The notes: generated from the sequence alone by a model not told the origin. A DNA stretch of 63,207 nt, filler included, from Hyphochytrium catenoides (GCA_900088475.1; 10 parts of 10 records of this genome joined end to end with filler, not necessarily neighbours in it), one strand, 5' to 3'; counted from the first letter of the whole stretch, positions 49,358-63,134 are shown. Numbers and translations are program-made.

Positions 49358-51021
49358 TGGAGCTAAGAAGGGGAAGGCACCACTAGAACGCCGGTCTCTC
49401 TCTCTCTCTCTTTCACCAGTTCTTCTTCCTCGCAATTGTGAAACAGGCCGCCTAGGATGAGGCCAAACTGACAGAACAGAGGATCAGAAGAGAAGAAAGA
49501 GAGAGAAATAGGAGATGGCAGACAAAAAAACGAAGAACAAGGAGACAGACTTCGATATCCGGAAGCTGTGGGAGAAGCCCCGGAAGAAAAGCAGACGACG
49601 CGGCAGTTGCCCTGCAGCTGTTGGACGGAGCGGGGAAATGTGGCACTGAGAGGAGAAAGATCGCACTCTGGTGGGCTGTATGTCACTTTATACCCGTCTG
49701 CCCGTCTCTCTTTCTCTTTCTCCCTCTCTTTCTCAGGTGGCCAGGAACCTCCTCTTCTTTCACAAGGAGAGTTTGATCTGCCCAGGTTCACTTCCATGTC
49801 GTCCTTGGTTGAACCTCTTCATTCTCCATTCTCTCTTTCTCTCATATAAGCTTTCTTGCGTCTCTTCTCTCTCTCTCATAAGCTTTCTTGTGTCTCTCTC
49901 TCGTTCTCTCTCCTCTATGTCTGCTGTCCCTTTGCCAAATGTCCGTCTCCTGCCTCTCTGGTTCTCTTTCTCTCTCGACAGCAGATCTTCCATATCCTCT
50001 GCCAACATTGGCATCCGGGTAACGGAAATCTTGTGGACACGGGGATTCCTATCGACGTCAGTTCTATTGTTGGTTACCCTTTGACAAAACATAGGACAGA
50101 GAAAGAGAGAGACCGATGACGGCGAAGAGAGAGAGGAGAGAATACCGCAGTAGACAGAAGGGGGAGAGAGAAAGAGAGAGCAAGCTTCAGGCTAAGACAG
50201 GAAGAAGACTCAGAGCCGTGAAACGGCGCCCCTTAGTCTCACTTCTCGCACTTCTACCATCTCCAACCTGACTTCTTTCTTCCCTTTAAATCGCCCCTAT
50301 GCACGTCTCTCCTCTCTCTCTCCTCTATTCCTAGCAGAGCCTCTCTCTCTGCCTGCTATCTGGTCTCTTTCTTAGTCTTTCTCTCCCTCCCTCCTCCCTC
50401 ATTTTCCCTCTCACATTCTCTCCTCCTGGCCTACTCTCCCTCTACCTTCCTCCCTTTCTCTCTTTCCATTTCTCTCTTCTTCTTGTCCGCCTTGCTTGCT
50501 TGGTCGAATCTTTCTCTTGTGCTTCTCTCATTCTTCTTTCGCTCCCAGGGGCTTAAGAGTTGGACAAGGATGAGATGATCTTAGGTGGTGCTGCTGTCAG
50601 CGGCAGATAGTAAGGGAAAAGCGGGACAGGTTCCTCCTCCGTCAGACAAGAAAACAACCTCAACTTGTGCCTGCTCTTCCTGAGACGTAAAGATGATTTA
50701 GAGGATGGTCTCTTCTAGCCGGAATTCGCTGGTGTGAAGAGAGAGGGGGCAGCATGAGAAAGAGAGAGGAGAACGGGGAACGATGGAAACGAGGGAGAAG
50801 ATGCACAGAAAGAGAGACCGAGAGAGAGAGACCAGACCGAGAGAGAGAGACTGAGAGCGAGGACAGAGGAGAAGGAAGCAGCAGCTTGTGCCACCTGCTG
50901 GGTCACTTCTGGTCTGTGAACTGTCTTCCTAGGACCTCCTTGGAACGCGCCTTACCCGCTCTCCCTCTATTGCGGATAGTGTTCTCTCTTTCTGTCCGTC
51001 TCTCTCCCTCTCTCTCTCTAT

Positions 51022-51078
<57 letters not shown>

Positions 51079-53686
51079 CGAGCTGTATCCTTCTTCACCT
51101 GTCCAACCTTTGCTCGCTTTCATGCTACAGCACTGACGGGGAGAGAAGAAGTGCACTCATCCCCTTCAGCTACTGGGGGGAGTTTCTTTGTCTTCACCTA
51201 AGCATACGAGCTGACTATGGAGAATGTGGCCATGAATATACCCGATGTATACATGGTGTACGCACATTATTCAAGATATCAATAATAGAGGGTAACATTG
51301 GGCTGCGCAAGAGGGATGAGGAAGCGAAGAAAGTGGTGGGAAGAGGAGAGAGAGAAAGAGAGATAAAGTCTTCTTCTTCCTCCGCCTGTGATAATAACAG
51401 CAGCAGCCTGGAGGACGACGAGCGAGGTGAAGAGATAAAGGACTTTAAAGCTCTTGTGGTCTCTTCTTCTTCTTCTTTCTCCTTCTTCTTCTACTCTCTT
51501 CTCTTCTTCTTTCTCCTTCTTCTTCTACTCTCTTCTCTTCTTCTTTCTCCTTCTTCTTCTACTTTTTTCCACTTCGACTTCCTTTATTATTCTTCCTGCA
51601 CTTGTCTTTTTTTTCCTCTTCTTCTTTTCTTCTTCTTCTCTTTCTTCTTCTTCTTCTTTTGCGTCTTATTAGTAGTAGTATTCTCATAAGGTTGATAATG
51701 GAGAAAGCTTAGCCAGCAAAAAAGAAAGAAAAGAGAGACGACAGAACCAAACAAGAAAAGTAGAAAGATATATAGAAAAGAGAAGGAGATGTGAAGTATG
51801 TAGAGAAAGGGTGAACGCGAGGGTAAAGTTATGAACAGAAAATCAGGCAGAAGGAATGGGCCGGTGGTTCAGCTTTATAAGAGAAGACAACAGCAGAGTC
51901 ACAGACAGAAGAACGACAAAAGGGGAGAGAGCCGAGTGCGACACGCATGAAAAGAAAGAGGGCAAGAGAGAAAGCAGCAGTAGAGAAAGACAAAAGAGAA
52001 AGAGAGAAACGAGAAGAAACAGGAAGAGGAGAGAGAAAAGAAGAGAAAGAGGAAAAAAAGAAAGGAGGAGGGAGATCGGCAGGCCTCATGATGTCAAGCC
52101 AAGCTGATCACTTGTAGAAGACATCGCAAAGTAAGACGAAGATACCCAAGAAGATAAAGAAGGCCTCAGCAATGAAAGGAAAGAAGCAAAAACACATTCT
52201 CTATGCAGTGCTCTCTCTCTCTTCTCTTCTCTCGTCCTGCTGCTACTAACCTCTTAGCTTCATATTCGTTTATCCTTCTCTTCACCTAACTATCTCCTCT
52301 TTTTTTGGTTCTTCTTCCTTCTTCTTTTTCCATGATGCGCTCTACGTGCTAGGCGCCTTCTCCAGTTCTTTCTTTTGCTCTTCTTCATCTCCCTTTCTCT
52401 CTCTCTCTACCAGACAGGATGAACTATCACCTGCTTGACGACGAGCAGATGGTAGCGCGTCCAGAAGTATAATCCCAGACGAACAGCGCAAGGATCTTCA
52501 TCTCCGATCGTCCATACAGACAGCCGTCCTCCTATCACATCTTTCGTCTCTCTCCTTCTTCCCGATCTCCATGGGATATATGTCCAGACAGCAGGTGGCG
52601 GCGCGGTCTGCTGCAAGATAGTTAAAAGGAAGAGCGCAACCTTTGTTGATCAGTGTCTGGCGCTTTATCATGCAGAAGATGAATGATTCAGTGGTGCTCT
52701 GGTGTCATCAGAAAGCTCTGCCTAAATGCTTATATGAATCAGCATGTTCGAGCTAGCTCTCTCTCTTTTTCTCTCTCTCTCTCTCTCGCTCTGAGTGATA
52801 ATAAACACGGGCCCTGAACGCGTCTTCCGATGGCTGTTTACGTCTGACTTTCCTTCCCCGGAGCTGATTTGCTCTCTCCTATATTTCTTCTTCTTCTTCT
52901 GGCAGCGGAGAGGGTGTGCTGTCATCTTTCTCCTGCTTCTCTCTTCGCTTCTCTCTCTTCTTCCTCATCAGTCATAATGATTATATAGTAAATGGAGGAG
53001 AGAGAAAAAGAGAAAGAGAAGAGAAAAAGAAATGAAGAGATCAGGTTGTTTCCTTCTTTGCTATTGTCTCTTCAGCAGTTCTTCTTCTCTTTTTAGAGTT
53101 TATTGACTACCAGGACAAGAAGATTATCGCTGACAGTCAGAGTGACACGAAACATTAGACAAAAGGAGGAAGAGAGGAGAGAGTGCTGCAGGAGCGGCAG
53201 AGACAGCAAGAAGAGACAAACAGGGAACAACTAAGAAAAGTCACTCTTTCTCTTCTCTTTCTTTTCTTCCTCTTTCTTCTCTTCTCTCTCCTCTCTTTTT
53301 ACTCAGGGCATAACGACTATTTGTAGAACTGCAATCATGCCTTTCCTTCTCTGGCCTGTTGGTTCGGGCAGCAGTGAAGCAGCTTCAACCGCAGACCCAG
53401 ACTCAGAAGAGAAAGAGGGAAGACAAGGAGAATCAGAAAAAGAGAGAGAGAGAGAAAGGACGGAGGAAGAGAAACAGGCAACACGGGAGAGAAGAGACAA
53501 GTGAAAGAATAAGAGAAGAGAGAGAGAATACTGAAGCGACGACTGCTGCCTGGACCTCACCACCCACAGCCATGTGCCATGTGCCCCCAGACTCTGGACA
53601 ACAACCCGGCAGTGCTCAGAAGCGGGCCTTTCTTCCTCCTCTGGCTCTCCAACAGTCGCTAAGATAAAGAGAAAGAGAGAGAGAGA

Positions 53687-53744
<58 letters not shown>

Positions 53745-54076
53745 CAGACTTCTTCGGACTGTAAAAAGGGCGAGAGGAGAAGCGAAGAGAGAGCCCGAAC
53801 GGAAGAGGAGTAGAAGACTGTGTAGCGATAACTTCTGCCGGGAAGGTAGGACCGCGTATGGCACGACTGGGACTGGCTATGGAAAGAGAGAGAGAGAGAG
53901 AAAGAGAGAGAAGAAGACAATCAACATTTTTTCTCGCAATTATTATTATCATGGATGAAATCTTTCGTCAAAGAGAGAAGCGAACCGGCCAACATAGTGG
54001 TTCAAGCTGCCAAAGATTCGCGTGACATCTACAGATGGAGGAGAGGCTTTACTGCATAGAAAGATGAGAGATGAGA

Positions 54077-54114
<38 letters not shown>

Positions 54115-55636
54115 CAGAAGAAGGTGAGGAAAGGCAGGAGAGAGACGGAAGAAAGATCGGGACCAGCATCATCATCTGTGTGATTAACAATGGAGAGCAG
54201 ATGTCCAAACGGTATCAAAAAACAGGGAAAGAAGCAAGGCAAATGACTGCTGTTTCGCATCTCTCTCTCTCTCTTGCCTTCCGTTCTGTCTCTCTGTTCC
54301 AACTCGGTCCCTTCTGCCAGTTTTCTCTTTCTCTCTTTCTCTCTCTCTCTCTCNNNNNNNNNNNNNNNNNNNNNNNNNNNNNNNNNNNNNNNNNNNNNNN
54401 NNNNNNNNNNNNNNNNNNNCTCTCTCTCTCTCTCTCTCTCTTCTAACTGGCCCTCAAAAGCCTAAAAATGTATGGCCACACAACCCCTTTCTCACGGACT
54501 TGAGGGCGGTTCTAGTATTAAGCGCTTCAGCCACGGATTAGAGGATCCTTATACTTTTTTCTCGCTGTAACATAGCTCATGAGGTCCGATATACTGACGT
54601 TATGAAACCTAGGTTTATATTAGGAAAGAAGGAGGCCTAAGAATCAGCGACACCAGAAGGTGGGCGCTCAGCCAGACTGTGACCTCCAGTGCTACCTGAT
54701 CCTTAGCCGATTGAAGAGCAAGTGCTGCATGTAACACCAACATGTGGCCTGATCGTAAACCTATTGGAAGCTATTGGGCAAGAAGAAGTTTTATTAGTGA
54801 CCGTTACGCTGTCTCTCTCTCTCTCTCTCTCTCTCNNNNNNNNNNNNNNNNNNNNNNNNNNNNNNNNNNTCTCTCTCTCTCTCTCTCTCTCCTTTCTCTC
54901 ACCTTAGAGCCTCTGGCTCAGCCGTTATTATCGTTGGACTTTCCTGCTGCCAGAGGCTGACAGAAGTGCATGCCAAAGTGTTCAGCACAGACAAACGTCC
55001 AGGAGATGATGTCCTCTGAATGATGCAAGGGATCCTCTCTCTCTCTTTTTCTCTCTCCCTCCTCTTTCTCTGCCGACGCCTGCCCTCGTCTCTGGCTCTC
55101 TGAAGTGGGACCTCCAGGTTCCTGGAGCGTCTGATTCTAGTGCGAGAGAGAGAGAGAGAGGAAGTCAATCAAAACGAGGTGGTGCTTGGATTAAAAAAAG
55201 GTAGTTGCACTGTGTTTGTCTTCCCTCTTCTCTCTCTCTTCTTCTTCTCTAGTCTTCTTCCTCTTTTCTCTCTCTCTCTTCCATTGCCACCTCGTCCCTC
55301 ATTTACTCCTACCGTGACCTCTTAAGATTCCTACCGCCGGCCTCTGACCCAAGCAGACTGGGGGATCGTAGTCTGCTGGAACCCTCTTCTCTCTCTCTCT
55401 TTCTCTCCCCTCTCTTCTCCCCTTTTCCTCTCTCTCTCTCTCTGCTCTGTTCTCTTTCTTCTTCTCTCTTTCTCTCCCTCTCCGCAAGAACTGCAGTGGC
55501 GCCGCAGCGCAAGGAAAAGTGCAGTCCCCACTTACACTTTTTCTTCCTCTTCCTTGGCCCGGGCTAACACCTTCAACACCCGGCCGCCGCGGTTGAGTTC
55601 CTTCCATCCACCGTCTCTCTCTCTCTCTGTTAATCT

Positions 55637-55736
55637 NNNNNNNNNNNNNNNNNNNNNNNNNNNNNNNNNNNNNNNNNNNNTTAATTAATTAANNNNNNNN
55701 NNNNNNNNNNNNNNNNNNNNNNNNNNNNNNNNNNNN
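55637..55736. other. Artificial scaffold spacer
   Basis: 44 N + TTAATTAATTAA + 44 N. Confidence 0.95.
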
Positions 55737-56017
55737 CCAAGCAGAGTAATGTTTACGCAGTGGAATATAAGGGTATAAGCATCTACGCATCGGCAAGCTC
55801 TGCTGACGGGAAGAAGTTTATCAACTGTTTTAACAATGCCCCTTGGCTGGACAACGGGCCGAGGCCGCCAAGAGATGATACGGTTTATACTACTGACGAA
55901 TCAAACAGCAGAAGAAGTCCTGGAAGCAAATCGTATGGACAGCCACTTACCCCTTCTTGTTGGTTTATAGCCCTTGCTTGGTCGGTGGTGTTGGTGTGCT
56001 GCGGAATAACTTTTTAG
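55737..56017 (+). CDS. 3' end of a hypothetical protein with a hydrophobic C-terminal tail (GPI- or tail-anchor-like)
   Basis: Frame is open from the scaffold edge; a Ser/Thr/Pro linker is followed by WFIALAWSVVLVCCGITF-stop. Confidence 0.4.
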
Positions 56018-56863
56018 GGCATGACTGAATTTGTCTTGGTTATCTCAAAAAATGTGCCACCTTCAAGGTGAGTTCCATTCGTCTTAGTCAAGCATGATTG
56101 ATGACGCGATGATGGCTAAAATAGCATAATGAGTAGCAAAAAAGTAAGTTGTCAGAGCCATCATTTCTTTTTCCAAAGTAAATAGCATCCGAACTTCCTT
56201 TCTGTTATTGAATGATGCACCCTTGTGTCTCTTCTTCTTGTCTTGTCTCTCTCTTGCACCATTCATTCTCTTTGAACCTCAGTCCCATCTAAGAGTGATG
56301 CTCTTAGCGCTACGTCTATTTGCTGGCAGGCTCTGCCGTATTTGACTTTCTCATTTTACTTTGCCAAAACTGAGTATCAACAGTAAACTAAGAGGAAGCG
56401 GTGGTGCTGTTGTGAGCGACAGAGAAGAGCTATTCCATGCTCTTGGACGTCATCGTGGTGGGACTGAGATGATGCCACGTAACAATCAAGATGTTATGAG
56501 ATAGATCCCAACTTTGTCATAGTCTAGCGGGTTGCTGAGGTGCCCTTGCTTGTTGAAGTATCAAGAGAGGGACTGGCGCATGGGTCGCGTCATCATTTCT
56601 CTGCTTCAAATCTTCAGGCACTAAATGACGATGAGAACACCTACGTACTTCGGAAGAAGGAGTATATTCCATCCTGGCGGCGGGCAGCTCAGTCAATGTT
56701 GTCCAACATATAATGAGATAATACTCCCCACCATCACATGCGACGCTGCTTCTTCTTTCCCTTGGAGCTGCTAGTAGTAATGGTAGTGCTATTACTGTTC
56801 TTCATTTACGTTACGTGGTGCTTAATAGCGCTGCTTGTAGCTCCAAGGAATTGAAGAAGAACC

Positions 56864-56963
56864 NNNNNNNNNNNNNNNNNNNNNNNNNNNNNNNNNNNNN
56901 NNNNNNNTTAATTAATTAANNNNNNNNNNNNNNNNNNNNNNNNNNNNNNNNNNNNNNNNNNNN
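56864..56963. other. Artificial scaffold spacer
   Basis: 44 N + TTAATTAATTAA + 44 N. Confidence 0.95.
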
Positions 56964-58175
56964 AGTCGCCCAGCCTTTATAGAGACTGTGCAGACGTCTG
57001 CAGACGAAATCTGCAGCTTTTGTTCTGGCGATGTGCTCCTTGTACGCCTTGAGGCGCAGATAAGCGAGGAACCTCCGCACCGAGGCTTGAAGCTTCTTCG
57101 CAGCTTCTCTCTCTCTCCTCTTTTTCCTCAAGCGGATGGCTCGAAGGCGGGCAAGGAAGATTCTCCCTAGCTGCTGCAGAAGAGAAGCCGCCCAGTGCAT
57201 TCTCTTCAGCTTTTGAAGGCGCGCCAGTCGCTTCCTTACCTTGTACCCGCGATAAAGGCTTTGGATGCAGATCGCGGCACTGCAGCGGACAGTACGCTCT
57301 TGAGCCTTTGACAGTTTATAAAAGTGATAAAGGAGAAGGTGAGCGGAAGAGAGAAGAAGAAGGGAAGGGAGAGAGAGACACAGAAAGAGAGAGAAGATGA
57401 AGGTGGAAGAGAAAAGGACCAGATAGAGTGGACGAGCCGGCAATAGAATGGAACATGTGAGATAGCGAAGTGAGAGAGCGAGAGAGAGCGAGAGAAAGGC
57501 AGGGAAGAGAAAATGTCTCTGGAGAACTGAGAACGGAGACTGATCTCGGATAAGGCAGGAAAGGGGAGACAGGTCAAGTCAAGCTAATGAGGCCGTGGGA
57601 CAGAGAGAGCTGACATAGAGCGGTAGTGTGTGTGTGTCAGTGAGAGAGAGAGAGAGAGAGAGAGNNNNNNNNNNNNNNNNNNNNNNNNNNNNNNNNNNNN
57701 NNNNNGAGAGAGAGAGAGAGAGAAAAAGAGTCAGAGACAGAGACGAGAGAAGGAGAGGTGAGGGACAGGGGGAGAGATGGGCAGACATACGGAGAGAGAG
57801 AAATAGACAGAGAACAGAAGATAGCAACCTTCAATTTTTCCTTGGTTCCGTCTGTCTTGGGTTTGAAGCCAAAGTAGCTGGTCGCGGTCTCAATGTAGGG
57901 AAGGCCCAATGCCATCTCCTCCAGTCCTTTCTGTGTGATCCTTGAGCACCCGTTCATGTTGAGAATCTAAAGAGCACAGAGCAGGAAGACGGGAAAGAGA
58001 GAGAAATAGAGAAGAGAGAGAGAGGAAGAAAGAGAGAGAGAGGAAATTAGAGAGAGACACAGAGGGAAAGGGAGAGACAGAGACAGAGTGACAGGAAGTG
58101 AGAGAGAGAGAGTAAAGAGAGAGAGACAGAGTGAGAGAGAAAAAGAGAAACAGAGAAGAGAGGGAGAGAGAGAGG

Positions 58176-58218
<43 letters not shown>

Positions 58219-59145
58219 GAGAGAGGGGAGGAGCAGGGGTCCAACAAAGTAAAGGGCGGAGCAAGAATGGGCTCGTCAGAATCACCGTCAAGAGTTAAGA
58301 GCTCGAGATAGAAGACAAAATAGCATCGTAGAGACAAGGAGAGAGAAGGATGGAGAGAGAACCGTCTTTTGCTTGCCGACCAGGTGGCTCGCTATGAGTA
58401 ACCAACCATAAGAAGAACGTGGAACAAGAGAGAATAAACCAAGAGAGAGAGAGAGACAGAGAGAGAAAGAGAGAGTCGTGAAAAGGAGAGGGTAGAGAGA
58501 GAGAGAGAGAAGAGCACCTGAATTCTCGGACATCGCCTCAGCACCTCAAAGACGCCTGCCTCCGTTACCTCCGCGCATCCCGCGAGGTTCAGACTCTGAA
58601 GAAGAGGACAGCCAATCGCCAGATGCCGAATGCCTTCGTCTGTGATGTTGGCGCATCTGAAGAGAGAGAGGGAGATAAAGAGCAAGAGAGAGACAGGGAG
58701 AGAGAGACAGAGAGAGAGAGAGACCGAGACAGTGAAAGAGACGGTGGGGCACAGGAAAGGAGAGACAGGGGTAAACAAGAAGGAGACACAGAGAGAGTGA
58801 AAGATACAGAGCGAGCCACCAAGGGAGAGAGAGAGAAAACAAAACCGTAGCTGAACGCCACAGAAGGAGAGAAAAAGTAGGGACGGTGGTCAAGAGACGA
58901 TAAGATTGAAGGGGAGGCCGGCAGCGGAACGGAGAAATCGGGGAAAGAGAGTGCTCACTGACCGGACGGAAAAAGAGAGACCGAGAGAGAGAAAATCACG
59001 GATGAGAGAGAAACAGAGAAGAGACAAGTATCTGTGTGTCAGAGAGAGAGAGAGAGAGAGAGAGAAAGAAAGAAACCTGCTGAGATTGAGACTCTGCAAG
59101 TCATGGCAGTGCTTCCCAAGGGCCTGCAGGGCCTTATCTCCGAGC
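56964..59145 (-). CDS. Cysteine-containing LRR (FBXL/AMN1-type) + IQ calmodulin-binding motif protein, internal fragment
   Basis: Phase-consistent exons 59145-59077, 58656-58518, 57966-57829 and 57305-56964. LRRs LQSLNLSRCANITDEGI, LQSLNLAGCAEVTEAGV, ILNMNGCSRIT. IQ motifs IQSLYRGYKVRK, LQQLGRIFLAR, LQASVRRFLA. Confidence 0.88.
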
Positions 59146-59245
59146 NNNNNNNNNNNNNNNNNNNNNNNNNNNNNNNNNNNNNNNNNNNNTTAATTAATTA
59201 ANNNNNNNNNNNNNNNNNNNNNNNNNNNNNNNNNNNNNNNNNNNN
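59146..59245. other. Artificial scaffold spacer
   Basis: 44 N + TTAATTAATTAA + 44 N. Confidence 0.95.
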
Positions 59246-59784
59246 TTCTATATGTGTACTCGCTTGGTCTTCTCATTGCCATTTCTTTTTAATCATCATC
59301 ATTAATTCGCTGTGGTACCACTGCTTATTAGTGGCCAAGATTTTTTCTTTTTGGCGTTTGTGCTCATTTGAAGAATGAAGGAGCGAGAGTAGTTGCCTTT
59401 CCTCTTCCTTTATCAACCTCTCTTCTCCTCTCCCTGTTGTCCTCCTCCACTAACACAAGTGGATGTATCCTTCTTCAGACCGCATTAGAGTCAGGGGAAG
59501 ATGGCCTTTCCCCTGACCTCTTTCAGAAATTTGCAAAAAGCTTAGAGGATGAAAATGCGGTAACAGCAGCTGCCAGGACAGTTGCACACCAACTTCCTAA
59601 ACGCACTAAAGGTATTGCATGGTTCTTTTGCCGATCTCTTTACTCTTCTCCCAAAGCTTGCTGTATGAATTGATATTCTTACCTATCTTCATATTCTTGC
59701 TTTTTCTCAACCTCTGTCTCTAGTTATATTCCTCCCAGCAACTCTTTGTGGACGGCTAGCCATCATATTATCAGGATGCGTTTG

Positions 59785-61314
59785 TCAACTACTCCTTTTT
59801 TGATCCTGATCACTCTCAATTCCGCCACCTATTTTGAGTGATGGAGTAAGGTCCAAGTCGGATACGAAGGGACTTAATACCGACGGTATATCCATTGCGG
59901 ACAGGTGGTTGACTGGTTGTCCTCCCTTGTCCGCAGCTGTACTTTCTTTGGACCTGGGTGGGGATGATCGTAGAGATGGCAGATGGGCTAAAAAGGCTTG
60001 AGCAGCTTTACAGCAATTGTCGAGATAACATATTTCAGGGCCTTCCCAGCCGTGGGCAGCAAGACTTGTAGATAACCCAATTAGCAGCTTTGAGACCTCC
60101 TCAGCAGACTTATTTTCTAAAAACGAGAAACTGACTATTTGATGATATTCATTGAAGAGAATATAAAGGAAAGATAGCGGAGACTCACTGTCAACCTTCA
60201 CCCGCTTTGCTATTTTGCAGGTTCCGTCCGCCTTCAGGATGCTGAAGTCTATCAGTTGCATCTGCCGGTCCAGAAAACCCTCCCGTCTCTCAAGTGCTTC
60301 AATCAGAACAGAGTTTAAATAGCTGTTTGATGGGGGATCGCCATCGTATAAGCCTTCAAACACAGGGAAGGGGCGAGGATGGTTGAGAGTACCCCTGACT
60401 TCCGCTAAGGAGCTGTCCAGAGTTGTTTGGAAACCATTTCCAGTAAGGCTTGATAGCTTGGTTCTAAGTAGCCTACAATAGTAGTTCCTGGCCTTCATAT
60501 AGTAGCACTCGAGATAGTTGTCTTCCAGGAGCTCCCTAAAGGAAGCGACTCCTAAGCCCGGTGAGCTGGTTGTTAACTTTCGCAAGCAACCAACCACAGA
60601 CAGGCAGATTGCACTACGTTTGGTGATATAGCAGGGAAAGTCACTTGCAATATCGGGAGACATAAGGTCCAATACATCCTGGCTATACCCATTGAACGAA
60701 GGATTGCATGTGGTGCACCTATACCTCTTGCAAATGACCCAGTAGATATCCCGCATACCTTTGACTCTACGGGGTTAAACCCCTCACTAAGAATCCTCTC
60801 ATCCGACTTGCATTTTGGGCAGCAGAGGACCCCATGCGGGGGAAAAGCTCTACGGTGGACAAACTCGGAACCCTAATGAATCCTTTCTTAAGGCAATCTA
60901 ACTCAGGCAACAGCTCGTCCAGGTAGAGATAAAGGCAGGATTGGGAGGTGTAATCCAGTATGTGTCTCCCAGAGGCCATGATCCTTCCACACGGCTTTGG
61001 AGCGGTTGCTTGGAAGACCTGCGTCCTCCTTTAAGCCAAATGCTGCTGAAGTTCTTTAGCTTTTCCTCTAAAAACTTCTCTTGTGGGTGGGAGGTGGTTT
61101 CTCCTCGGGGCAAGCGGTCGCCGCCAAGAAGCTCCTCTTTGTTAATTGGAAGTTCTTCAACAGCGTCAGGGTAGCGGTTTTCTTCCTCCTGAGCTTTGGT
61201 CGTTGTTTCTGGTGATTCACTGGTGGCAGCTGACGAAGCGCCAAGACAGGAGGATTGATGACCACCTGCACGATCTACTATCCCCTTTGGTTCTTCTTGG
61301 CCAACAATCTCCAC
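59785..61314 (-). mobile_element. Frameshifted DNA-transposon protein: DUF6729-like zinc-binding domain + partial MULE/IS256-like DDE transposase
   Basis: Across three frames: GDTYWITPPNPAF, LCCPKCKS..ILSEGFN, PRRVKGMRDIYWVICKRYRCTTC, FPCYITKRSA, ILKADGTCKIAK (first Asp), ILFNEYHQI, GPEICYLDNCC (second Asp). Third catalytic residue not seen. Confidence 0.75.
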
Positions 61315-61690
61315 ATTAACATTGTCAGCAGCATTATTGATGGTGGTTGTGGAAGCAGTAGAGGCGTGGCTGAGAGACGTTCTCGTCTACAAAGAGTGGT
61401 CTCTCTCAGATGCCTGGTTTTCTTCTTTGACCTCGCTCCCTTTTCACGCATATATTTTAGTCTTCGTTTTTTTGCTTTCTTGCCCTTCTCGGGCAGGTTG
61501 TTCTATTGTGCCCTTTCTCGTGGCACCCTGAACAGGTGACCTGTGCTCCTGACAAAGGCATAATGCGACTGCCAACCAACGATGATCACCAGTGGACTTC
61601 TTCGCAAAAGGCCCGTCGGTGAAGGAGCAGGAAGAAGAGCGACAAATGGCAGCAGCAGCAGCAAGTGAGTATTGGTACTGCCTTTACAAT

Positions 61691-61790
61691 NNNNNNNNNN
61701 NNNNNNNNNNNNNNNNNNNNNNNNNNNNNNNNNNTTAATTAATTAANNNNNNNNNNNNNNNNNNNNNNNNNNNNNNNNNNNNNNNNNNNN
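61691..61790. other. Artificial scaffold spacer
   Basis: 44 N + TTAATTAATTAA + 44 N. Confidence 0.95.
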
Positions 61791-62844
61791 GAGAGAGAGA
61801 GAGAGAGAGAAGGTGTGACTGTGTAAGAGAGAGAGGGAGAAAGACAGTGACGGAGATAGGGGAGGGAAGTAAGAGAGGGGAGAAGAGGAAAGCGCGGGAG
61901 AAAGAGATAAAAGAGAGAGTTAGGACCAGTACCGTCACTACCAATAATGGATATACAGAGAGACATAGCAGCGAGCGAGACAAAGAGAGAGAGACACAGA
62001 GAGATACAGAAGAGAGAGAGAGAGAGAGCGGCGTGCCATATCAAACACCTTTTGGAGACAAATGATCCTGGCCCCTTCAGGTCTGGGAGAAGTACACTGC
62101 CACTACCAAGTATCTTTTAAAAGAAGGTAACACTCTCTCTCTTGCTCTACAAGCAGTTCCAGGTCTCTCTCTCTTTTCGCTCTCCTCATCGTTCCTTCTC
62201 AGCATTCTCCCCCGTCTGCTTCTTCTAACATTCCTGCTAACTCTACTTCTCTCTCTCTCTCTCTCGACATGCAGATACCGGGAGAATTCTGCTGACGACC
62301 ACAGCTGAGAATGAAGAGCTAATCAAAGAGATGCTAGGAGCGACTCCCAAGGTGAAGCACAGGAAGAAGGAGACAGGCTGGGTAGAGTGCAAATGAGAAT
62401 AGGCTCTTGGGGGCTACAGAGAGAGAAAAGGACCGCACGACAGCGAGAGAGAGAAAGAGAGGAACAGCGAGAGAGAGAGAGAGAGAGAGTGCAGAATGGA
62501 GAAAATAGATGCGTAAGGTGGCGACCCGAGAACGAGAGATAGAAGAAACAGAGAGGCCTAACGAGAAGTCGTATAGTAAGAAAGAGAAGCGAGGGAGAGA
62601 CTTTAAGAGCAATCTCGTTAACTCTCTCGCTCTCTTCTAAGAAATTCTCTCTCTCCTTCCAGACGTTTGAGCCTTCCATTCCCCATCTCGTGTACCAGTA
62701 CCGCCTCTATACCAACTATGAGTCGCCGAGGCTGGACCAGAAGAATCCAGAGCTGAGCAGCTGAGAGAGACAACGGGCAAGCCAACTCGAGAGAGAGAGG
62801 AGGAAGGTCATGGAGAGAATATGTCATAGTTGCTATGGGGGAGG

Positions 62845-62880
<36 letters not shown>

Positions 62881-63088
62881 GAGAAAAGGTGGTTCTATAT
62901 AAGAGAAGACAGGGCTCGAGAATGAAGAGCGGGAGCCCTGGCGCCAACGCCCTCTCCTGCTTTTGCTGCGGCTCTGCCATGAAGGGGTACGAAGACATGA
63001 GATGCCCCGCTTTCCTACCCCTCTCCTTCTCAGACTAGTAGACATCTAGACTCACTGTCAGTCGTTGTCTCTGGCAGAGAGAGAGGGG

Positions 63089-63134
<46 letters not shown>

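Noticed and set aside
49760-55607. Additional genes upstream of M36
   Set aside because: Exon-like patches (50092-49760, 52400-52610, 55607-54900) could not be joined into a stop-free model with a known domain.
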